Counted from the first letter of the stretch, positions 16,445 to 24,071 are shown. The stretch is 64,000 nucleotides of DNA from Candidatus Saccharimonadota bacterium (GCA_017511925.1 JAFWHS010000001.1:35-64034), one strand, 5' to 3'. Notes: generated by a model from the sequence alone, not told the origin. Numbers and translations: made by a program.

Positions 16445-17591
16445 CTTTATCCTCCTTATTATCCTCATAATGAACTAAGCTTGTTCCTATATTATTTATG
16501 GTCTCCCCAATAATTTGAATATACGGATATTCAACCTTGCTATCCAATAATACAAAGAGTTCTTTCTTCGTCCGACTCCACAACCTACTATCGTTATATT
16601 TGCAAAAGGCTTTTTTCACTTTATTTAAGCCGCATTCTCCAGTTAATATCGAAAAACCTAATTTGGCAAAAGACTTTTGCGGAGAATTACTCATCAATAA
16701 ACTCTCAATAACCTCTAATTGATGATCTGGCCCTAGCGGTTCAATCTCTGTTCCAATTGTTTTCACTAACCTTCCCCAATATTTCATCAGGAATTTACGA
16801 GCCAGGTCTGCAGAAAACATATCTTTAAAAGTAATCCTATCTGTCGATTCATTTAAAGATTTAAGATCAACCTTTAGCTGCTTCGTGTTTTGTTCTTGAA
16901 CCTCTACCCTAACAACCTGCAAAAGATTAGCATCCTGTAAACCAATAAATAATTTTTCTATATCACACAAAGAGTCAGATGTATTACGAATTTCTGCAAT
17001 TTTATCATAGACAATTAATTGTCTCCCTTTTGGCCCCTCCCTATAAAGATCCCCCACTCTATACTGAACTTGAGCATACCTAGAGCCTATTCTATGCTCT
17101 GACCGCTCCAAAATACTTGCTAAAGTATTCGTTGATGCTCGTCCTGGCAATATTATATTTTTACCAAAGTCCACCCTTCTTACAATAGCTCTCCGAATAT
17201 CATCCTGCGTAATTTTATTAGGTAGATTTAACAATTTTAACTTACTATACAATTTACCTACCACATCTTCAAATTGATCTTCCCCTACCTCCACAATATT
17301 ATTTCCATATAGAAACTTTGGTACGGACATTGTGATACGATAAGCAGAACAATATAGACGACGATCTCCCTTCTTTTTTAATGGATTAGGATAATAAACA
17401 TAATTAACTTGTGGTAAATATTCTCCTGGGACAATTTCACCAACTGGCCAACACAATTTTATATTTTGATATCCAACAAAACTTCCTTTTCCATCGCTAG
17501 TTTTCTTATTTGTGATTTCAACTGTAGTCTCAAAGTCCTTTTCATCTAAACGTTTTCCTATTGTTATTTCTAATGTGACCGTATCGATCAT
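16419..17591 (-). CDS. putative rolling-circle replication initiator (phage/plasmid gene II/X-like)
   Basis: 390 aa. The N-terminal MIDTVTLEI and ITMSVPKFLYGNNIVEV resemble the MIDxLxL... and SxPKxLxGxN blocks I recall from the II/X Rep family. The assignment is from memory only. Confidence 0.45.
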   Translation of the reverse strand: MIDTVTLEITIGKRLDEKDFETTVEITNKKTSDGKGSFVGYQNIKLCWPVGEIVPGEYLPQVNYVYYPNPLKKKGDRRLYCSAYRITMSVPKFLYGNNIVEVGEDQFEDVVGKLYSKLKLLNLPNKITQDDIRRAIVRRVDFGKNIILPGRASTNTLASILERSEHRIGSRYAQVQYRVGDLYREGPKGRQLIVYDKIAEIRNTSDSLCDIEKLFIGLQDANLLQVVRVEVQEQNTKQLKVDLKSLNESTDRITFKDMFSADLARKFLMKYWGRLVKTIGTEIEPLGPDHQLEVIESLLMSNSPQKSFAKLGFSILTGECGLNKVKKAFCKYNDSRLWSRTKKELFVLLDSKVEYPYIQIIGETINNIGTSLVHYEDNKEDKDDEEFTIN

Positions 17592-17639
17592 GATGTTCCC
17601 TTTCCTCGGCCAAATACCGAGATTAAAATTAATAATGAT

Positions 17640-17655
17640 CGATAATCGATTATCG
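17640..17655. promoter_or_regulatory. 16-bp perfect palindrome upstream of the rep-like gene
   Basis: CGATAATCGATTATCG lies 49 bp upstream of the Rep-like start, followed by GTACGTAC (17659-17666). Confidence 0.4.
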
Positions 17656-17805
17656 TTTGTACGTACTCAACTAATTCTTATTACGACTTATTAACATTCC
17701 GTTTTCAAATTCGTTTTTTAATTAGTCTACCCCAATTATCTAGCACATCAAAAAAACGGTCTGCAGAAGTAATATTACTTAACAAAGATAAACTTCGATT
17801 AACCC

Positions 17806-18303
17806 CTAGAAATTAGGGTCGAATCGATATCCAACATTTCGTTCCACTGGTATAAAATTATGCTCAATTGCTCCAGTCGCCGCATGAAAAGTTCTACGCA
17901 TCTCTGTCAAATAGCGTGTAAGAGTCTTTTCATCTATTCTATTCCTCGATTCAAATAATATCCCTAGTAATTCCCTACTATTTAGGGCTCTCCCATTATC
18001 ACAATAAGCTGCCACCAAGGCCACCGCAATAATAGCCTTAGCACATGAAAAATCACACGACTTATTGTCATAATATACCTGTTTATCATCAAACGAAAAC
18101 TTAGTATCACCAACCTGTGTTACCGGCAAACTAGTCTCTACCTTAAAAACATCATTCCTACTAACAATCTGAATTATTCTTTCACCATCTATATTTATCT
18201 CGGTATCAGAAATAACTTTACCATTATTATAGTTAACATGCACATCAGCTGGCACCACTATAATTCGTATATTACTCTCAACATGGAAACTTTTTTCTGC
18301 CAT
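17806..18303 (-). CDS. winged-helix (OmpR/PhoB C-terminal type) DNA-binding protein
   Basis: The C-terminus SRELLGILFESRNRIDEKTLTRYLTEMRRTF....PVERNVGYRFDP is Trans_reg_C-like. I prefer the ATG at 18303, directly after the upstream stop; the track uses a GTG at 18330. Confidence 0.55.
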   Translation of the reverse strand: MAEKSFHVESNIRIIVVPADVHVNYNNGKVISDTEINIDGERIIQIVSRNDVFKVETSLPVTQVGDTKFSFDDKQVYYDNKSCDFSCAKAIIAVALVAAYCDNGRALNSRELLGILFESRNRIDEKTLTRYLTEMRRTFHAATGAIEHNFIPVERNVGYRFDPNF

Positions 18304-18305
18304 AG

Positions 18306-18704
18306 TCAAATAGTCTCCACTTTTACCCACCTACCATCATTACCGACAAGAGAACGATCCAATATACCGATATCTATAAGCACTACATACTTTGTCGACA
18401 ATACGGAACCTCCCCGAAAAAGACTGCGCAGAAACTTTTCAGAATCAACAATAAGATCAGGGTTCTCGTCCTCCATATCATCACGACTCACAATAAATGG
18501 CTCAAGATCCTCAATGACCTGAGCATCATCAAACAACCCCTTTGCCTCTATTGTCAAACTTCCATTTTTATTTGCAAATACGCCTATAATAGTCCTTCCC
18601 AATCTGTTCTTTAAAGAAGATAGGAGGTTATTATCTAAACATTTTACAAAATAGATCCCTTCCCCATCTATACCACTAACAATTCTATCATCTAGACTGT
18701 CCAT
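18306..18704 (-). CDS. hypothetical protein
   Basis: 132-aa ORF, co-directional and contiguous with the winged-helix gene. Confidence 0.45.
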   Translation of the reverse strand: MDSLDDRIVSGIDGEGIYFVKCLDNNLLSSLKNRLGRTIIGVFANKNGSLTIEAKGLFDDAQVIEDLEPFIVSRDDMEDENPDLIVDSEKFLRSLFRGGSVLSTKYVVLIDIGILDRSLVGNDGRWVKVETI

Positions 18705-18921
18705 ATAACATCATCTTACCAACCCTATCAGACAAAGTCAATACAGGGGTGGCAGAATATTCATAGACACGCTCAAAATTATCCCAAGAGAAATTAGGTG
18801 GCGAGGAATAATCATATAATAGCCCTTCAGTATATTAATGTATATCAGAAAAGCGCAAGAAAAGTACATTGCCGTATTGGTGGTGCGTATTGGAAAAAAT
18901 ATAAAATAATGTATAATTGTA

Positions 18922-19061
18922 GTGTCTAGTTACATAAAATCAGGTAGGGAATACGGGCGACTGCCGTATGCAATAGTAATTGCCCATGCGTGAGACATCC
19001 GTGTCTCAGTCGGGCAATCCGCCTATCTGATTAATGTGGCTAGACACCCAACACGGGTGTC
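18922..19061 (+). other. highly structured non-coding region (candidate 5' UTR riboregulator, ncRNA or single-strand origin)
   Basis: It starts ~5 nt after TGTATAAT (18910-18917). A ~25-bp imperfect helix pairs 18922-18948 with 19022-19047 and encloses hairpins ATACGG/CCGTAT (18951-18969) and ATTGCCC..TGAGACA-TCCG-TGTCTCA..GGGCAAT (18979-19018). An alternative hairpin GACACCC-AACAC-GGGTGTC (19043-19061) competes with the long helix. Confidence 0.5.
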
Positions 19062-19118
19062 TCACTTATTCTAAGAGAGTCCTCGTTTGGTTATTAATAC
19101 TTAAAATAAGGAGGATGT

Positions 19119-20048
19119 GTGAGAAACACTACAAGAGAAGGGGACACGCCGAATCGTGGAAGCGATAAAAAACCACGAGGGGAAAACACAACAAATAACA
19201 AGAGTAAAACTACAGGCAGCACCCTCAAGGCTGGTTTCGTCATGAGCATTATAGCTATAGCATTATGTTGGGTTCCAGCGATTGGTTTGGTGCTATCTTT
19301 GATTGCAATTGGTTTAATGCTACCAGAGATAATCAAGGCAATAAAGATTAAGAAGCTCCCAATAGAGGGGTCTGGCAAATTTATAGCTGGTTGTATTATG
19401 TCGGTAATTACTGTGGTGATCGGCCTTATCATAACTATTAGTGTGTTTGGACCAAAACCATCTTCAATACCGAAAGAAAAGCCTCAATTTGAACAAGAAT
19501 ATAGTTCTCTCAAAAAATTGGACCTAAACGGCGTAATAGTAAGTGAGGCTTGCGCCAAACTTCGTGAGGCTGGTTGGAGAGTAAGGGGAGTTGGCAATGG
19601 TTATATGGGCGAAAAAAGTGAGGAAAGCGATTGTAGCGATACTGTACATAAAGTTTCAACTGTAAATTATTCTGATAAAAAATATTCAGATTATGATGGT
19701 AGCGAAAATCATGATTATGAGAGTGTATTTATTGAGTTTGTAAGTAATAATACGAGTAGTTCAAGCTCATCTACTGAGTCGTCGAATAATAGCACTAGCT
19801 CTTCAAGTAACACGAGTTCGTCGAATAATACAAGCTCGTCCTCTTCAAATAGTATGTGCAAAGATGACTACCAGAAGGATTTAGATGCAGCAAAGGCGAG
19901 CTATGAGTATAACGAACAGATATATAACACCTATAAAAATATGTCGGGTGTAGATGCAGATACAGTTAAATCCTATAAGGACGCTCTAGATATATCTAAG
20001 GCTTCTTTAGATACTGCACAAAAGCTCTATGATACTTATTGCAAATAA
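19119..20048 (+). CDS. membrane protein with TM hairpin and Ser/Asn-rich low-complexity linker
   Basis: 309 aa; GTG start with AAGGAGG 4-5 nt upstream; two TM helices (DUF4190-like), a soluble domain, then SNNTSSSSSSTESSNNSTSSSSNTSSSNNTSSSSSNS. Confidence 0.55.
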   Translation: MRNTTREGDTPNRGSDKKPRGENTTNNKSKTTGSTLKAGFVMSIIAIALCWVPAIGLVLSLIAIGLMLPEIIKAIKIKKLPIEGSGKFIAGCIMSVITVVIGLIITISVFGPKPSSIPKEKPQFEQEYSSLKKLDLNGVIVSEACAKLREAGWRVRGVGNGYMGEKSEESDCSDTVHKVSTVNYSDKKYSDYDGSENHDYESVFIEFVSNNTSSSSSSTESSNNSTSSSSNTSSSNNTSSSSSNSMCKDDYQKDLDAAKASYEYNEQIYNTYKNMSGVDADTVKSYKDALDISKASLDTAQKLYDTYCK

Positions 20049-20066
20049 TTGAATATAGGAGAAAAA

Positions 20067-20489
20067 ATGAGTAATAATTATAAAGAATCCACGGTGGTGG
20101 TGGCGCCGAAAATAATTCTAATAATAGCAACTACGCTCTGTGCGGCTAGCGGGTTTATACCTTGGTTAGATATTGGTGGGGACAATGGTCCTCTGGTTCC
20201 GATTTATATTATATCTGGATTAATTCCACTAATTTTGAATATCATAGCCTTAATAATAAAGCGTCGTGGCGTGAGCTTAGCTTCCAATATATTAGGTATC
20301 ATTGGTGGCTTGATAGCTATGCTATATGTTGCATTTTTCTTCTTGGGTTCAAGTATGTATGCTAGTAATTTCATTTTTAACCATCTAGCTCTGGGCGTTT
20401 GGATAGCCCTAGTCTCTGGGCTAATAATGTTTGTCGTATCGATTGTGTCAATAGTGAAAGATAAAAAGAAAAGTCATGTAGCGGAATAA
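20067..20489 (+). CDS. small integral membrane protein (about 4 TM helices)
   Basis: ATG at 20067 with AGGAG 5 nt upstream; the track starts at a TTG at 20049. Confidence 0.55.
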   Translation: MSNNYKESTVVVAPKIILIIATTLCAASGFIPWLDIGGDNGPLVPIYIISGLIPLILNIIALIIKRRGVSLASNILGIIGGLIAMLYVAFFFLGSSMYASNFIFNHLALGVWIALVSGLIMFVVSIVSIVKDKKKSHVAE

Positions 20490-20508
20490 TTGGAATAAAA
20501 TGCGTTTT

Positions 20509-20544
20509 AAAGCCCCTCATAGCCATCTGGAGGGGCTTTTGTTG
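20509..20544 (+). terminator. rho-independent terminator
   Basis: AAAGCCCCTC-ATAGCCATCTG-GAGGGGCTTTTGTTG. Confidence 0.6.
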
Positions 20545-20599
20545 TATAAGTAGTTTGTAGAAAATTGATTTAAGGCATACGCTACGCTATAATGATGGC

Positions 20600-20767
20600 A
20601 TGGCAAACAATAGTTTTAATCCACTATACCTATCAAATGAAGAAACAAGTGATTTTGAAGCCTCTATGCGGGAGGCCGAACTTTTTGACGACACAATGAA
20701 ATTGGAAAGAGAGTGGAAAGTAAGGAGAGGGTTGATAGACGAAGATGAAGAAGATCTGTTCTTATAG
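20600..20767 (+). CDS. small acidic 55-aa ORF
   Basis: MANNSFNPLYLSNEETSDFEASMREAELFDDTMKLEREWKVRRGLIDEDEEDLFL; TATAAT (20588-20593) lies 6 nt upstream; below the track cutoff. Confidence 0.3.
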   Translation: MANNSFNPLYLSNEETSDFEASMREAELFDDTMKLEREWKVRRGLIDEDEEDLFL

Positions 20768-20982
20768 TGTTAAGGAGGCCTAAAAATCCCGCAAAGGCTT
20801 GTGTATGACTTAAATTGTTTTATAAATACTGCTTTGAAATATAAGTTGATATTACAAATGATAGCATATATTACATAGATTAACTTTTTGGGGGAGGGGG
20901 GATTTTCTACCCCACCCCCTGCCCCCTCCCCTAGCAAGGGGCGGGGGATCAAAACTCTAGATATTCCTACGATCGCCATTTT

Positions 20983-21004
20983 GACACCTTATCTGCCACC
21001 TTAT
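20983..21004 (+). repeat. tandem G(A/C)CACCTTAT motifs near the E2 right end
   Basis: GACACCTTAT-CT-GCCACCTTAT, in the same orientation as 14663-14685. Confidence 0.5.
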
Positions 21005-21121
21005 AAAATAAATCAACTCAAATAACATAGACAGCACAAACAACTATTTACTTGAAATTTCAAGAATAAAAAACTATAGAAATAGAGGCCACAAAAAATC
21101 GTCATTTTCTGACGAATATAA

Positions 21122-21132
21122 TTAAGAGGCTC
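21122..21132. repeat. 11-bp direct repeat TTAAGAGGCTC (right junction of E2)
   Basis: Identical to 14580-14590. Confidence 0.85.
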
Positions 21133-21160
21133 GTGCTCTAACCAGCTGAGCTACCGGCCC
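21122..21160 (-). pseudogene. 5' half of the split tRNA-Lys(CUU)
   Basis: rc = GGGCCGG TA GCTC AGCTGGTTA GAGC A CGAGC CTCTTAA, after which the tRNA sequence stops. It complements 14542-14590 into a full cloverleaf. Confidence 0.85.
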
Positions 21161-21249
21161 GCTCACAGTCCACTAAAGCGAACTCCTATAATTATACCAC
21201 AAAAACCTTCATCTTACAATATAAAAAATCATATCCCAATAAATATCTT

Positions 21250-21891
21250 TTATTTATATTCCAGCCCTAGCGACTCATAAAAATCCATCGCTGTCGGCTC
21301 GCCCAAATTTTTCAAAACTAAGTTCGTCGCCTCATCCAGTATCACCGCTGAAAACAGAGTAACCGCCAAAATTAAAAACGCCCGTTTAGACATTTTTCTA
21401 GATAAACAAATACAAATCGGCACCACTAAATATACAAGCAACAAAGATCCTATTCCAAAAATCGTTACACTCAAAGGGCACACGAACCCATTAATGCTTC
21501 CCCACGCCCACGGCCCGCTATTATAATTCCAATATCTAGCCCCATCAAACAAAACATACGCCAGCCACCCTCCAACCAGTTCTACTAACCCAGTCGCCAA
21601 TACCGCCACTAAAAACACAGCCCATGGATATCGTCGCAATTTATACGTCGCCGGTATTACTACTAAAGCCCCGATCGCATAGATATTCATCCATGGCAGC
21701 AAATTTCCTCCCTTCATATAAATTCTCCCCTCCGTTACCCACGCCAACAAAAACTCATACAGCCACCCCACAAACCCAGCAATCACTACCACCAAAAACA
21801 AAACCCCAATCTTCTGCCACCACTCCAATTTAACACCCTTATCCAAATATTCCCGAAAAATTTCCTTATAAGTTTTTTGCTTCTTTACCAT
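21250..21891 (-). CDS. DUF1113 / putative ABC-transporter type IV (CmpB-like) membrane protein
   Basis: 213 aa, multi-TM; the GFVGWLYEFLLAWV...G block resembles PF06541 members. Confidence 0.5.
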   Translation of the reverse strand: MVKKQKTYKEIFREYLDKGVKLEWWQKIGVLFLVVVIAGFVGWLYEFLLAWVTEGRIYMKGGNLLPWMNIYAIGALVVIPATYKLRRYPWAVFLVAVLATGLVELVGGWLAYVLFDGARYWNYNSGPWAWGSINGFVCPLSVTIFGIGSLLLVYLVVPICICLSRKMSKRAFLILAVTLFSAVILDEATNLVLKNLGEPTAMDFYESLGLEYK

Positions 21892-21903
21892 AAGCTTATT
21901 ATA

Positions 21904-22500
21904 TCATTTCAATTTTTCTTTTGCCCATTCCGGCCTTTCCCCTTCAAATAAAATCTTTGGTGTATGCAAATTCACTATGTCCGTATCAACGCCATAATAA
22001 TGCTTATATGTCGTATCCACCGATCCAAATTTTGCCATCTCCCGCGAAAATCCAAGCAACTCTGCCAATCTCCACACAGAACTTTCACTAGGACCTTCAA
22101 GTTCAACAAAACTCGGAATCCAAGGCCATGTATCAATACAAATTTCCACTTCACCATCACTATCCTCATACACCCAAGTTTCTCTCAAACTTTCCTGTTC
22201 CGCCTTTTCCTCCAAACCGCACCCTCTCATAAATTCCACTCCACGCGCATAATCATCAATCACTACGTTTACTTCCTTAGTCCCCATAATCGAATTATCA
22301 TCACTTATATTTTTATAAGTCATCACTATTTTACCACCGCCTTCATCTCGCACTCTCGCAAATGAATGTGGGCCAGTGTCAAAAACTACCCTCTGCATCA
22401 AAACTTCTGGCTTGACCAATTTCGCTCCAACCTTAGTCAGCCTTCTCCTTATCTCATCCTTATCAATATCTAAAAATTGCGCTTCAATTTCATTATCCAT
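21904..22500 (-). CDS. CYTH-domain protein (CyaB-like class IV adenylate cyclase / triphosphatase)
   Basis: The N-terminal EIEAQFLDID is the ExExK-type CYTH signature; 198 aa; GGAGG SD. Confidence 0.6.
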   Translation of the reverse strand: MDNEIEAQFLDIDKDEIRRRLTKVGAKLVKPEVLMQRVVFDTGPHSFARVRDEGGGKIVMTYKNISDDNSIMGTKEVNVVIDDYARGVEFMRGCGLEEKAEQESLRETWVYEDSDGEVEICIDTWPWIPSFVELEGPSESSVWRLAELLGFSREMAKFGSVDTTYKHYYGVDTDIVNLHTPKILFEGERPEWAKEKLK

Positions 22501-22520
22501 TTATATTTACCTCCAATTAA

Positions 22521-22546
22521 AATAAGTCCGTTTGAACGGACTTATT
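22521..22546 (-). terminator. terminator after rny
   Basis: AATAAGTCCG-TTTGAA-CGGACTTATT with a U-rich tail on the minus strand. Confidence 0.5.
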
Positions 22547-22553
22547 TATTACA

Positions 22554-24071
22554 TTATTTTGCATACTCCACTGCACGTGTTTCACGAATTACATTCACTT
22601 TTATTACGCCTGGATAGCTCATCGTAGCCTCTATCTTATTTGCGATATCTCGCGCTAATTTAAGAGCTGATAAATCATCAATGGATTTAGGCTCCACAAT
22701 CACACGTACTTCACGTCCAGCCGAGATTGCATAAGCCTTGTCAATCCCCGGGAATGAAGTAGCAATATTTTCAAGATCACGCATTCTTTCTGCAAAATTT
22801 TCTGCTGAAATATTTCTAGCCCCAGGCCTTGCCGCACTCATCGCGTCCACGATCTTAATAATCACCGCTTCAGGAGTCGTGGGCTCAATATCGTTATGAT
22901 GCGCTGCAATTGCATGCACAATTTCATCTGGCATACCATACTTCTTTGCCAACTCTGCGCCGATATCTGCATGCTTGCCTTCAATCTTATGTGTCACTGC
23001 CTTACCGATATCATGCATCAATGCTGCAGTCTTCGCCACACGCTTGTCAGCCCCAATCTCCTCCGCAATCATGCCAGCCACATGCGCCATTTCGATAGAA
23101 TGAAGAAGTACATTCTGCCCATAAGAAGTACGGAATTTAAGTTCACCCAAAAGATGTACTAATTCGCGTGGGATTCCTACCAATCCTACTTCGCGCACAG
23201 CATCTTCACCAGCCATGACTACTTCCTTTTCAATTTCTTTTTCACCTTTCGCCACCGCTTCTTCAATAGATGCCGGGTTAATTCGCCCATCTTTCATTAA
23301 GCGTTCCAGAGCGTATCTTGCTACCTGCCGACGAATCGGATCAAAAGAGGAAAGTACCACCATCCCAGGCGTATCGTCCACCATAATATCTACACCCGTA
23401 GCTCTTTGCAAAGCCTGGATATTACGACCTTCTTTACCAATAATCCTGCCCTTCATATCATCATCAGGCAACTTAAGTGCCGTCACAGTTCTATCTGCCG
23501 TCACTTCGGAAGACATCCTCTCCATTGCCGTCAAAAGTATCGCCTGTGCAGTTTCATCAATATCATGCTTAATTTCTTTTTGTTCTTTCACCACCAAACC
23601 AACCAAATCCTGCTTGATGTCGTTTTCCGTCATCTTCATCAACTTTTCACGCGCTTCTTGCTTAGAAAGTCCCGCAATTCGCTCCAATTTTTCATGCTGT
23701 TTTTCACGAATCGCCCGCACCTCACCTTTAAGCTCTTCAATTTCTCTTTCTTTGCGCGTTAATTTTTCAGTCTTTTTTTCTAGATTATCTAACTTTGCAT
23801 CAAGCGCCATCTCTCTCTCCGCCAAACGATTTTCCGTACGCTTCCATTCCTTACGACGTTCACTCTCTTCAGCTTGACCCTTGCTGGCCAATTCCGCTGC
23901 TTCCTGCTTAGCATTCAAAACGATATCCGAAGCCTCACGTTTAGCTTTTCTCACCAAATCATCAGCCTTATCCTTACCGCCATTCTCATTGTGTTTATTA
24001 TATGCAAAAATCCCGCCTGCACCAGCAACTATACCTGCCACTGCAGCGATAATTGGGATAGCAATTTCCAT
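22554..24071 (-). CDS. rny: ribonuclease Y
   Basis: 505 aa; N-terminal TM, coiled coil, KH domain (IIGKEGRNIQALQRATGVDIMVDD) and HD domain (HSIEMAHVAGMIA...MHDIGKA). Confidence 0.9.
   Translation of the reverse strand: MEIAIPIIAAVAGIVAGAGGIFAYNKHNENGGKDKADDLVRKAKREASDIVLNAKQEAAELASKGQAEESERRKEWKRTENRLAEREMALDAKLDNLEKKTEKLTRKEREIEELKGEVRAIREKQHEKLERIAGLSKQEAREKLMKMTENDIKQDLVGLVVKEQKEIKHDIDETAQAILLTAMERMSSEVTADRTVTALKLPDDDMKGRIIGKEGRNIQALQRATGVDIMVDDTPGMVVLSSFDPIRRQVARYALERLMKDGRINPASIEEAVAKGEKEIEKEVVMAGEDAVREVGLVGIPRELVHLLGELKFRTSYGQNVLLHSIEMAHVAGMIAEEIGADKRVAKTAALMHDIGKAVTHKIEGKHADIGAELAKKYGMPDEIVHAIAAHHNDIEPTTPEAVIIKIVDAMSAARPGARNISAENFAERMRDLENIATSFPGIDKAYAISAGREVRVIVEPKSIDDLSALKLARDIANKIEATMSYPGVIKVNVIRETRAVEYAK

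Larger units (their letters stand above)
14591..21121. mobile_element. 6,531-bp integrative element E2 (tyrosine integrase, Xis-like HTH, Rep-like protein, own tRNA-Lys) inserted in the anticodon loop of tRNA-Lys(CUU)
   Basis: It is bounded by the two complementary tRNA halves and 11-bp direct repeats. Tandem GCCACCTTA motifs lie near both ends. It is visibly more AT-rich than the flanks. Confidence 0.8.

Noticed and set aside
19094-19432. 112-aa minus-strand ORF
   Set aside because: It is antisense to the SD-preceded membrane-protein gene at 19119-20048.
19745-19860. Ser/Asn-rich stretch as a DNA tandem repeat or contingency locus
   Set aside because: The codons vary (AGT/AGC/TCA/TCG/TCT, AAT/AAC) with no exact nucleotide periodicity. 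It is a low-complexity protein linker rather than a slippage-prone repeat.
20770-20979. 69-aa minus-strand ORF
   Set aside because: It is an artefact of the G/C-tract cluster (Gly/Pro runs) and has no translation signals.
14591-21121. E2 as a complete filamentous (inovirus-type) prophage
   Set aside because: The size and the Rep-like gene fit. However, I find no P-loop Zot/pI-like morphogenesis ATPase and no obvious ~50-aa major coat protein with a signal peptide. I therefore report it only as an integrative replicon.
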